From: Eledone cirrhosa
Lineage: Eukaryota
Assembly: GCA_964016885.1 (NCBI GenBank)
Contig: OZ024741.1
Location: 301,072,001-301,136,000 of the forward strand
DNA: 64,000 nt
Direction of reading: 5' to 3'
The position numbers were made by a program, and so were the translations under genes. The notes beneath the pieces were generated by a model. That model made no database searches. It was not told the DNA's origin and was given only the letters and a program-made list of their open reading frames with translations. Positions 1-11,160 of the stretch are shown here, in pieces (position 1 is the stretch's first letter; the number at the start of each line of letters is the position of its first letter).

Positions 1-274
1 GGGGTTGTTCGGAAAATTGGATTTGTGATCCTTCAGGGTAAAGTGGCGAGAAATAGGGTCCAGAGGTTCAGTCCGGTCCAGGATGTTGTGATCAGGGGTG
101 ATTTTAAACCCAGCATCGTTGATTTCATTAATGACGTTCCGATTAGTTTTACGGTAATTTACAGTATTATGTAGCAGTTGATGGTAAGTACTGCGTTCTA
201 CTTTGTATAGATTGCCAGTTTTGTCGGAATGGACGTGCACGGAATTAGAATCCTTAATAGAACGAATTCTCACT
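1..274 (-). mobile_element. Penelope-like element (PLE) RT N-terminal fragment, inverted relative to the rest of the element
   Basis: Manual minus-strand translation gives ...VHSDKTGNLYKVERSTYHQLLHN...NEIND... and ...HFTLKDHKSNFPNNP. These match the N-terminal RT region of the other PLE in the window (NHINSEG, RFILKDHKVDFISNP at 63509-63844). Confidence 0.8.
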
Positions 275-2690
275 CATAGTGGTTAAGGATTTCGAAGTTG
301 ATGTCATCCTCAATGCCCGTAAGTCGGTGATTAATTTCGACGACTCTATTTGGATTAAAAAATCTAATAGTACCCCCATTCGACGTGAGTATGGGCGCCA
401 GTGATTCTGTGGAGGTTACTGATCTTATCGGCCTTTTCCTTCTTTTCTCTATCAAGGAAGAATTCCCCAGCGCTGGTGGTGGTTTGTACCGTGATGATGG
501 TCTTTTGACCATGACTAAGTGTGGCCCACGTGCTTGCAACAGGTTCAGAAAGAACTCACAGCCTTCTTTAAAGGCTTCAACCTCTCCATACTGGTTGAGG
601 CCAACCACTCGGTCGTTAATTACCTCGACGTTACCCGCAATTTATCGAATGGCTTGCATTACCCGTATAGAAAGCCGAATGATACGCTTAATTACATAAG
701 GAAGCATAACCAAGAAATTGGTAAGAAACGTTTCTTTGAGGCTTTCCCGTCTATCTACTAACGAGCGTATTTTCAACGACCATTCCACATATTACAATGA
801 AGCTCTTTCACGGAGTGGATTTGTCGATAAGGTAGCATATACAGAGTACGAGAATAGACCTAGAAGAAATAGATCCCGAAGCATTATATGGTATAACCCA
901 CCATATAATATGGAGGTGGCCACACCATTAGCTAAGATCTTTCTCTCCCTTATTATGAAGCATTTTCCCCTACACATAAATATAGTAAAATTTTTAATAG
1001 AAATACTATTAAAATTTCTTACTCTACGACTCCTAACTTTGCACATAACATCACAGCTTCAAATTTAGCTAAACTACCTAGCTGTAGGAACACGTGCAAC
1101 CCTGTAGTTAGTACTAACTGTAATTGTAGGAATCGGGCTGACTGCCCCCTATCCGGGAAATGCCTCTCTAGTAACGTTGTCTACAAATGTAAGGTTGAAA
1201 CACCCACGTCCCGTAGGGCCTAAATAGAGTTAACCGCCAATAGATTCAGGCAGCGTCTTTACATGCATACCCATTCTTTTCGTTACTCTTTAAGAATGAA
1301 TATGACGTCACTTTCAGCTTATATCTGGAGTCTAAAAGACAACCACGCCCAATAAAAGTTACACTGGGAGATACTAGCTAGGGCTAGATCGTATAACGGA
1401 AATAAAAGACCATGTGACCTCTGCGCCGCTGAGGCCCTGGAAATACTCTACGCCAAAGACCACATATTAAACAAAGAATCTGAGGCAATTTCGGCTTGTA
1501 AATATAAATTGCACAAAACTTTCCTGTATTACAGCCCCACATTATACCCTAACGAATAGTACGAACTATACGCGGATATTTTACGTCTTGATGTGGTAGC
1601 TATGTTTGTTATGTTTGTTATGTTTGTAGCTAAGTATACGTTATGTTTGTACCACTACTTATTTGTATAGGTAAGTATATATTACATGTATGTTTTGTGA
1701 AGGTACGTATACTTTCTCGTACGTATATTTGATTGTATATGTTATGGTGTATATATTATATATTCTGGTACATATGCTTTTGGTTATGTGTATACGTGAG
1801 TTTTGCATTTGTGTGAGTATGCGGGTTCGTACGTAGTAGGGTGTGTGTTTATGTGTACTTTGTATTTTGGTTGACGTACGTCTCCGAACATATGTGTATT
1901 TACATGTAGGTATGTGTGTACGCTTGTTATATACGTATTTATTCATTTATATACGTTTATTTAATTATATGTATACACGCACACACACAAACATATATAT
2001 ATATATTTTTTTTTTTATATATATTTTTTATGTGTACTCGGTGCATACATTCGTATGGGTGCGGGAACATGCGTTGCGTGGGTTCTGTAAGTGCGTGCGG
2101 GTTTTTTTCTTTTGTGTACGTGCATGTATTTGTATACCTATGGCGAGTGTTTTCGCGTATGCTTGTGTATGTATTTATTTAATTTCTATTACCTCTGTAT
2201 TGTATTTTATTTACTTTATTCTTAACTCTGAAGCCGAGAATCATTCGGTTTCCTAGTTAGAATTCTTGTCTACGACTTCAGTTATACCATTTACGTGGTT
2301 TTGTCTTTGCGCGCAATTGTTCTCACCGCTCCACATAAGACGTATTATCTTCGTTTTTTTCGTTCATTGCCAGAGAACGTCTCTATGAACCACCTAATAG
2401 AATATTAGTCTACCACTTCTTTTATACCATAAACGTGGTTTTGTCTTTGCGTGTAAATGTTTTTCACCGATCCAAATAATAACGTATTATATTCGTTTTT
2501 TCCCGTTCTTTGCCAGGGAACGTTTCCACGAACCAAAGTATCGTTCCTGTCTTCCTCTGGTTGCAACGTTTTTTTTTAATATTCACTTCTGCGTTCACAG
2601 ATTGACTTTGTTAGTTTCAGAAGATCCCGTTAAGGGTGAAAGCAGCGATTCTTTGCTTAAACTTTAATCTGTTATTTTAATAAATTTATA
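275..2690 (+). mobile_element. Decayed Penelope-like retroelement (RT + C-terminal GIY-YIG endonuclease, probably Naiad-type) with long 3' UTR/pLTR
   Basis: Frameshifted motifs FDVSMGASDSVEVTDLIG, GLYRDDGL, VNYLDV, IIWYNPPYN, CNCRNRADCPLSGKCL..VVYKC, LSAYIWSLK, CDLC. Coding ends near 1550 and the element ends at a (TA)n tract near 2690. Confidence 0.85.
2613..2663 (+). ncRNA. Variant type I hammerhead ribozyme-like motif (core CAGAAGA)
   Basis: agttt-CAGAAGA-tccc.gttaa.gggt-GAAA-gca...tgc-TT-aaact. Stems I, II and III all pair, but the core has U4>A and the cleavage triplet is CUU. Confidence 0.55.
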
Positions 2691-3127
2691 TATATATATA
2701 TAAATGTGTGCCCTCACATACATGGATGTAATGTAATGCATCATTTTATTACATTGATATGAATTAATGAATCATCCTCCTAATTGTGTATTAGTGCATC
2801 TTGAAACATTTGTAGGATACCATATTATTTATAATTGCTCTCTTATCAGAGTTTGAATTGCATAGTAAATTTCAACTCCTATAATGTGACACAACATTCT
2901 ATGAAGGTTTACATAAACGAGTGAAGAACTTCAAAATCTCCGGCTCTCGGTTGCGTTTTCTTCTGCTTTCGTTCCAATTTGAATTAATGAGAGTGTCTAC
3001 CAACAGCAGTATATATATAAGGAGAAAAGTATAATTTGAAACATGTTATTCTTCACAACTGATTAATTTCGGGAGCGTAAGTAACATAATCACGTAAATA
3101 AATAGCGATATATTTTATTTAATATAT

Positions 3128-3819
3128 ACTAGCAGAATGGCCCGGCGTTGCTCGGGATTCTAAACATAGATTGGCATGTTTATCCCTCCTTTCTGAAACA
3201 GTACAGAGAAGTACGGAATACCTCGTGTGCAGATATTTTATCGAGCCTCGTGAAATAAATATGTTTGTTTATATTTTGTTATTATGTATTCATATCTGTC
3301 CTCGAATATCTGATTATATATATATTAAAATAACACATTAAAGTTTAAGCAAAGAATCGCTGCTTTCACCCTAACGGGATCTTCTGAAACTTAAAAAATC
3401 AATCTGTGAACACAGAAGTAAATATGTCGAAAAACGTTAGACACTATATATATATATATAAAAATATATATATATATGTACACACACACTATATATACAT
3501 ATACACTCACACACACACACAGATAGCGAAGTCAATGTTTTCATAATGTAGTAATGCAGAGAGCCAGACATACAGACACATATTATAAGGGCGCGACGTT
3601 ATAGCTATGTATCTATTTAAAAAGACAGACTAAGAAAGACAGAGAGATCGCTAACCGGCGCCTAATGTGGTCCCTAGACCATTGAAAATTTGAAATATTT
3701 TTGCACAAAACACTCATACGACTATTAGTATTACATTTGTAAAGTTTTTAAAAAATTGGTTGGGTGGTTTTCGAGTTTTAGCGGCACAGACAGACATTCT
3801 CTGTTTTAGATATATAGAT
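3128..3819 (+). mobile_element. Non-autonomous Helitron/Helentron-like element (HINE/Lep1-like)
   Basis: Starts ACTAGC..cccggcgttgctcggg (hairpin) and ends aaattggttgggtggttttcgag..acagacagaca..tatatagat, resembling the terminal architecture of HINE-type elements. Recognised by pattern only. Confidence 0.5.
3322..3438 (-). repeat. Inverted copy of the PLE 3' end (about 2566-2682), including the hammerhead-like motif at 3341-3392
   Basis: The reverse complement aagtttcagaagatcccgttagggtgaaagcagcgattctttgcttaaactt matches 2613-2664. Confidence 0.85.
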
Positions 3820-3880
3820 ATTCAATGTCCAATCGTGCATATATATATATGTGTGTGTGAGTGTGTGTATGTATGTATTG

Positions 3881-4061
3881 TGGATTGGAAGTATCTGTAA
3901 AGGGTTGGACGCCATGTTTGCAGCACAGTTACGTCCCTTTACGGACTGAGTTCAAATCCCGCGAGGTTAACTTTGCCTTTCACCATTACGGGGTCGATGA
4001 AATAAAGAACCAGTAATACACTGGGATAATTGCTGGCCTTGTGCCAAAAGTAGAAACAATT
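3881..4061 (+). mobile_element. tRNA-derived SINE (family 1)
   Basis: B-box gagttcaaatccc; body actttgcctttc..ttacggggtcgat.aaataaag..ccagt..aattgctggccttgtgcc..aagtagaaacaatt, shared with 47543, 54378 and 59525. Confidence 0.85.
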
Positions 4062-5074
4062 ATATATATAGATATGTATGTGTTATATATATATATATAT
4101 TCGCCCACGTATTCCTGAGAGAGAAGTGTGGCTATGCCGACATGTAACTCGCATCTAACTGATATTGGGAATTTCTTTCGGTTTTATGCAAAAAATCTGG
4201 AATTTAGGGGACTTCACCGTTGCACACAAGTCTAAATACTATGTGGTATCTGTCTTGTGACAGGGTCTTGTAATTGTTGGCAGTGAATTGTTTTTTCTTT
4301 GCTTCTGAAGATGAGTTTGGTTTGCTCTATATAATCTTCGTTCAACCCTTTACATTTAATTGCATATATTCATTTTTTTTTTTTTTTTTTATTGAACAGG
4401 TAAAATGATGTTTCACAAAAATGCTTGTCCTGATTCACATTTAGACAGTGTGTTTTCGGTCAGATCAATGTAATTTCCGCTATTAGGGCCACCACATGAA
4501 TGATATTTAGTCGATCATATGATCCCCTAGTATGTATTTTAGTTAGTTTATCGACATATATTTTTTCGTGCGGTTCACGTAACTTTCCTAATATTACATC
4601 AGTTTAAGCAAAGTGTAATGACTCAGTCGGAGACACAAGTAAGCCCCAAAACATACACTCACATACTGACTCATACATTTCTTTTTTCAACCTGTGGCTA
4701 TATTTGAGAGCACTTCCCGAAGACGCTGTGCATTAAGATAAAGTCTCGACCGGTGATTCAGAAACGAACATTCTTTTATCCCTTTGACGAGCGCAAAACT
4801 GTTAAATGATAAATTTCTTTGTCGGGAATCTGTAAAATACCCTGATTACATTCTTCTACTGAATATCATATTTTGTATCCTATTGGCCATTTCAATAAAT
4901 CTAATTATAAGATCTTTCCCTCGTGTTATATGTGAAATGTCTATGGCAGATAAATATTTCTATACTTTATAACCATGCAAGTTCTTCTTTTATGAAATGG
5001 TTACAATGCAGCCATGACTCTTGAAAGTGTTGTATCCGTATGGACTTTTAAATATATTATTAGCGGTATATTCA

Positions 5075-5153
5075 ATAATTGTTTCTACTTTAGGCACAAG
5101 GCCAGCAATTACCCAGTGCATTACTGGTACTTTATTTTATCGACCCCGTATGG
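5075..5153 (-). mobile_element. SINE family 1, 3' fragment
   Basis: Reverse complement of tacggggtcgataaaataaagtaccagtaatgcactgggtaattgctggccttgtgcctaaagtagaaacaatt. Confidence 0.85.
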
Positions 5154-6229
5154 TCATTGAATATAATAAACGTTAGAAAACAGTCAATAATCTTGGACAG
5201 CTGTCGGCTTAGCTCATATATGTTAACGTGGAGAGCACTTGACTATACAATTAACAATGAGGAATACGAATGTTTGAGACTGTGCGTTCTCTGATGAAAG
5301 AATAAGAATTTAGAAGATATTCTTTCGATCTTCACAAAACGCATGAGCGTAATACACCCAGAGCTATATATATTTGTATAGGGTGATCATTTCTATTAGG
5401 AAAACGTAACATATTCCAGATAACATTCAAATGAAGCTTAACATTACTTTAACGTTCTTAGGTAAGTAGGAATAATAATATGTATCAATACATTTGGTGT
5501 GATGCACACTGACGTAGCTTTATTAATTTAACACCAGTAGATGACACCAGATGTACTAAACTTTAACGCAGGCGTATATGAATGGTAATCAGGACTGGCT
5601 TTCTTCTGTGTGTTTCCAAACGTACCGGATCTGATTAATAAAAACATAAATAAATATATGTATCAATAAGGATTAATCACTAATGGTAAATTATTATATT
5701 GAAATGTAACAAACAAAATAAAATATGTAAATTGAAAGGTATCAAATGAAAAAAGATAACACCATCTCTTATGAGTTGGCATGTTATAATTAAGAAATAT
5801 TGGTATTTTTATCACATCATATTGATAACGTGTAATTACAAATACATGTTCGACAAGTGCCTCCATTGTTTCTACAGAGTTGGTGCAATAATGGCATACT
5901 GTTTACGGTGTGATAGAGTGCATTTCTCATTGGAAAACATCTATAAAGTGTTGAAATTATTCAGTGCTTCTGGCAAAATGGATACCTGACACACAAAGTC
6001 ATATATGTTTCGTAGTCATTTAATCAGGTTTCGAGACATTAATGTAGATTTTGTTTTATTCGTGTCAACATATGTTAAAGAATAGAAACTCACACAACGT
6101 GTTGAATTATGCATCGTCCTTCAACTTATTGTATGCCCTTACTTGCTATACAATTCCTTCTCAATATAAATTGCATTTTCCTTGGTTTATACATATTTCA
6201 AATGAAGATGTTAAAACAGGATCTTCGTT

Positions 6230-7170
6230 AAATTTACTACTGAGTTTTCACATGGCCGCAGTGTAGCGGGAACGTCTAAAACCAGGAATGCTTTAGGCCA
6301 AATAACTACTAATGAATGAATAGTGCAACGTTGCATTAAAGGTTTCTTTGAGGTGAATTCACTCCTGAGGATAAGAAAGTTCGCAGACGTCCTTCTGCCA
6401 TTGACGATGATGAAATGATGGCTTCGATGGAATGAAATTATCGCACAACTGACCGAGAACTCCAAGGAGAGCGAGATATCGAAATGGGATCTATTGTTGA
6501 CATTTCAATGAAATTGGAAAGTCAAAGAAGCTTGAAATATGAGGTCCACCTGGATTGAACAAAAACCATGAAAGTCAACTGTGAAGTCTCTTCTTCGTTT
6601 CTGTTGGGCAACATAGACGACCCATTTGTTTCATCATCACAATGTGATGTGCTATAAATGAGGATCCTATACTGACGTTCGGCACAGTTTCCGGAGCAGG
6701 ATGAAGCTCGGAAATATATTACAAATCTAGAACTGTATCAAAAATAGGTTATAGTGACTCATTCGGGAACCGCCACCGGATTAGTCCACTATAGTTTTCT
6801 CAATCGAGCAGAAACAATCACAGCAGGCAAATATTCTCACGGATTCGATAAAATGCGTCGCACCTGTTCAGCATTGGTAAATAAAAATAGTCCAGTCTTC
6901 AACAACAACGCTTGACAACGCACCATAAATTGAATAAATTGGGCTACGAAACTGCCCCGCCCAGTAAACCCACTACTATTCAACAATAGGTTGCAATTTT
7001 TTAAATTTTACGGTAAGGAAAGGTCTTAAACAAACCTGAAAAAATACACATACGTATAAGTTATCGCCCGAAAACTTCAGAATGTTACGAAAATAAATAA
7101 ATTTGTATTTTTTTGGCATAAACGTATAGATTTTAATGCGTTTGTTTTATTTTATTTTGATCAATGAGAA
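6230..7170 (+). pseudogene. Highly decayed mariner-type transposase relic
   Basis: Broken frames give RPSAIDDD, IGKSKKL, a WVPHEL-like region, a WILY-like region, GLVHYSFLNRAETITAGKY and KLNKLGYE, in the mariner motif order. Boundaries are approximate. Confidence 0.65.
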
Positions 7171-7258
7171 ATACTCTGGAGTCCGATAACTTCTTCTTTT
7201 ACTACTTCTTCTTCTTCTTATTATTATTATTTTAAATATTATTATTAGTATTATTATT

Positions 7259-10200
7259 ACAGTTGCATTTATCTTGCTTTATGTTCATACGAGTTATCAC
7301 CAAGTTACAACCAGTGACCTCAAGAGACAACAAGGTCCGCCATGTTCAAGAAAGAACATACATATTCACACATGCATCTTTAGTGTTTAGACTTGTGATG
7401 TACTTATATTGACAGAATCTTCCTTAGTATATGGGCAGTTCCCATTAGTACTATCTTTTGTATTTCTCCTATACGCGGGTTTCCTGGAATTTGCGATAAG
7501 TAGTCATTAGACCCCTTAGGTATCATTCCCAGAGCGCCTACAACCACTGGTATTGTTTTAGTTCTCAATTTCCACATTTTTCCAATTTCTATCTCCAGGT
7601 CCTTATACTTGCTCAATTTTTCAAATGTTTTTATAGATACATTCTTGTCTATTGGAACAGACATATCAATTAGCAGGCATACCCTCTTTTGAAAGTCCTT
7701 CAATATTATATCAGGTCTATTTGCATCTATTTTTCGGTCTATTTGGATGCTAAAGTTCCACAGGATTGAGTTGTGATCTTTTTCAAGTATGGGAGGTGGT
7801 TGATGCTCCCACCAATTCTTTTGATGGGGCAGGTCAAAATGCGTACACATTATCCAATGTATGTATTGTGCAGCTCTGTCATGCCTGTTTAGGTATTCGG
7901 TTGGGGCTATAGGACTGCACATTGAAATTATATGGTCAATGGTCTCTGGTTGTTTTTTGCATACACGGCATAATGGGCTTCACCCATTTTTTATTATGTT
8001 GGCTTGGTAATTTTTTGTTGGCAGACACTGATCTTGTGCCGATCTAATAAGTCCTTCAGTCTCCGATTTCAGTCCAGAGGATGCCAACCACTGATGGGTT
8101 AAAGTTTTGTCAACATCAGGATTGTTAGCTCGCTCTGGGTATTTTCCATACAGAGGCTTTTCTTGCCATTTCTTAGCCAGTTTCTGTAGCAGTTCTTTCT
8201 TTGCAGTTACTTTTACCTGCTTTGCTTTTTCTGTGTTTTCCATTTCAGCAGTAAATGGGACTTCTGAAATTTGTAGTCCATTACTGTATCTTTGTGCATC
8301 TTTTGTAATGGAATATGATCTTTTGATGCTTTCGTGTTTCAAAACGAGTTTGATCATCCAATCATGTGATTCCCTTAGATATGTAGATAATCCAATTGTT
8401 GCAGTTTTCAACGCAATGTCTAACTGGATTAACCCACGTCCTCCTTCTTTCCTAGGGAGATATATTCTATCTATATCTGCCTTAGGGTGATGCATTCTGT
8501 GCATGGTTAAGAATTTTCGAACTTTTGTATCGAGCCTACGGATCTCTGGGCTTGACCAGTTGATGACATTGTAACTGTAGGTTACTACTGGTATGGCAAG
8601 CGTGTTTATAGCATCGATCCTATTCCTTGCATTCAATTCCGTTCTTAAGATTGCTCTTACTCTGCGGTAACATTCCTTCCGTATTCTTTCCCTCATTGTC
8701 GAGCGCTTGATTCCGTCTCCCTCACAAACACCTAGATATTTGTAAGTTTTTTCTTGATCAAGTTCTCTTATCACCAGAGGAAAGCTGCTGAACTCTTCAG
8801 CAGCTTTCCTCTGGTGAACGTTGCTTTGGCGCATTTATCTAGTCCAAACTCCATTTTAATGTCATCACTGAACTGCTCCACAGTGGATAATAGCCCTTGC
8901 AATTGTTCATCATTTTTTGCAAATAGTTTCAGGTCATCCATGTAGAACAGGTGATTAATGGTTTTGTCATAGACTTTATATCCATGTTTTTTTTCATTGA
9001 GCATTTTACTTAATGGTATAAGTGCGATGCAGAATAAAAGCGGTGATAAAGAGTCACCCTGAAAAATTCCACAATTAATATTAACTTCTCCAGCTTCCAG
9101 TGATTTTGTTTCACTATTCAAAAGGAGTGTCGTTTTCCATGTCTTCATACTGAATGACAAAAACCTCCTGACAACGGGGGATATTTTGAACATATCTAAA
9201 CATTTTTCAATCCAACTGTGTGGCAAACTATCGAATGCTTTTTTATAATCTATCCAAGCAATCGATAGATTTTTGTGCCTATTATGACAATCTTCCAGTA
9301 TCATTTTGTTAACCAGAAGCTGATCCTTACAGCCATATGAGCCTCGTTTACACCCTTTCTGCTCAATGGGAAATAGGTCATTTGTTATCAGGTGGTCATA
9401 TGTGTATTCAGTTAGGACTGATGTTAACATTTTATACATTGTGGTCAAGCAAGTTATCGGTCTGTAATTTTTGGGATTGTTTGTCTCATTATTCTTCGGA
9501 AGCAGGAATGTCATGCCGTTAACTAGCCATGATGGTATCTTTTCTGGCTCCTTAACTATTTCATTGTAAAGTTGGGCTAACAGCTCATGAGACTCTGTGA
9601 AGGCATTTATCCAAAAGTTTTGTATTTTGTCTTTTGCTGGGAATTTCCATTTGCTGGTTTTTCTTAGAGCCAAGCGCAACTGTTCAACTGTTATATTTTC
9701 CCATGTTTGTTCCTCAAGGTGAGCTGTATCTTTCATTTGTCTGTCTATCCATGGGGCATGTATGTTATGAACTTTTTATTCGGCCCAGATCTTTTCCCAG
9801 AATTCTTGCACTTCCTCCTTGGGTGGTATTGATTTAGCAGTTATTGTTGACTTACCAATTTTTCTGTAGAAGTTTCTTTGGTTGTTTTTTAACATATTAT
9901 TTTCCTTATAGAATCTAGATCGTTTTTCAAAGCGCCTTATACGAGCAGCTTTGGCCGACACTTTTTGCTTGATTATTTCTATCAGCATGTCTATGTCACA
10001 TGTTGATTTTATACTGTACTTTTTTTTCAATTTTCTAAGTTTAGTTTGTTTAACATGTTCACCTACTTTTTAGTTTGTTAAAAGTTCGGAGAAGGTTTAT
10101 TTGGCGATTGATGTTCTCTTGACAAGTCGATTTCTTGTGGGAATTCCTTTGTTTTTTCATCTTCACTCCACATAAGTGAGTGGTGACTTTAGCCGATGCA

Positions 10201-11140
10201 TAATAGAGATGATTTAAATCAGTAATGTTTAGTTTGTTTGTGATGATAATGTTTTTGAGAATTATGTTAGTCTTGTGTATTATCTTTTGGTTCTGTTTGG
10301 AGTTCTGGATCTTAGGGAGGGTGTCTCGTTGCCCCATGTCAGTTTCTTTCATTTTCATCCATTCGATCATAATTTCATCCTTCAAGTTGTCAAGTTCATT
10401 CTCATTCATTTCTTTATCATTTACGATCTCATTATTTTCATTTGGAGTTTCATCCTGAGCATGCACTCCCTCCACTTTTTCGATCCTTTCTTTAATTTGT
10501 TCTGTTGCCAGTGATTCCGCCCCAACCCTGGGGTTCGAAGTGTTACAGTTTACCTCGTTTTCACTGACACATGTTTCATTTTCCCTTCGCTGACTTTGTG
10601 CCAATAGCTTGATCTGATCAATTTCTATATCAGTTAGTAACTGTTTTCTTACAATATTTCTTCGTATATTGGCTAGTTTGTTACTGTCAATATAGCCTCT
10701 GTTTTCGGGATGTTTCTTTTTCCAGTTCATATATGTCTGTTCTGTATTCGATGTATTTGATGGGTAGTACATGGCAGTGTAGAAAGCCTCAAGGACTTCT
10801 TTATTATCTTCCCTTGACCATTTTTCTCTCTTTTTCTTTGGATTTCTTGGTGGTGAGCATGGAGGGCCAACAGTAGGAGTATTCCGATTATGGGAGGTCT
10901 CCAGCTCCGAAGTGATGGGAAGGTTTGAACCATTAGCTGATTTTTCGATCCCAGTCTGGTTCCTCTCTGAGGGACGCGGCCCTTTTTTACCCGGGTGACG
11001 GCCGATCCGGTATGAGATTTTATCATTAGACATTTACTTTATTTTGTCGCGTTTTATCCTTATCCGCCAAGGGGTAATCATTTCGTGTTACCACTTCTAG
11101 AACGAGTGTCAACCAAGACTAGAGAGGTCGGTCTCCCCTA
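7259..11140 (-). mobile_element. R4/Dong-like non-LTR retrotransposon, family B copy 1 (disrupted ORF 11033-7404)
   Basis: ORF pieces carry RT motifs ([31 protein letters not shown]), RHD and RLE motifs (NRPDII..ID, KLSKYKDL). Both ends abut (TTA)n. Confidence 0.93.
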
Positions 11141-11160
11141 TTATTATTATTATTGTTGTT

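Noticed and set aside
1115-1170. Selenocysteine (in-frame TGA at conserved Cys), as reported for some Naiad PLEs
   Set aside because: The CNC..CPL..C cysteines are TGT/TGC here and in the second PLE (about 61970-62020).
4480-4660. Possible old SINE remnant
   Set aside because: Too diverged to support from the sequence alone.
5291-5352. Possible hammerhead (CTGATGA ... caAAACgc.atga.gcGTA)
   Set aside because: GAAA is absent and stems I and II do not close properly; at best a decayed relic.
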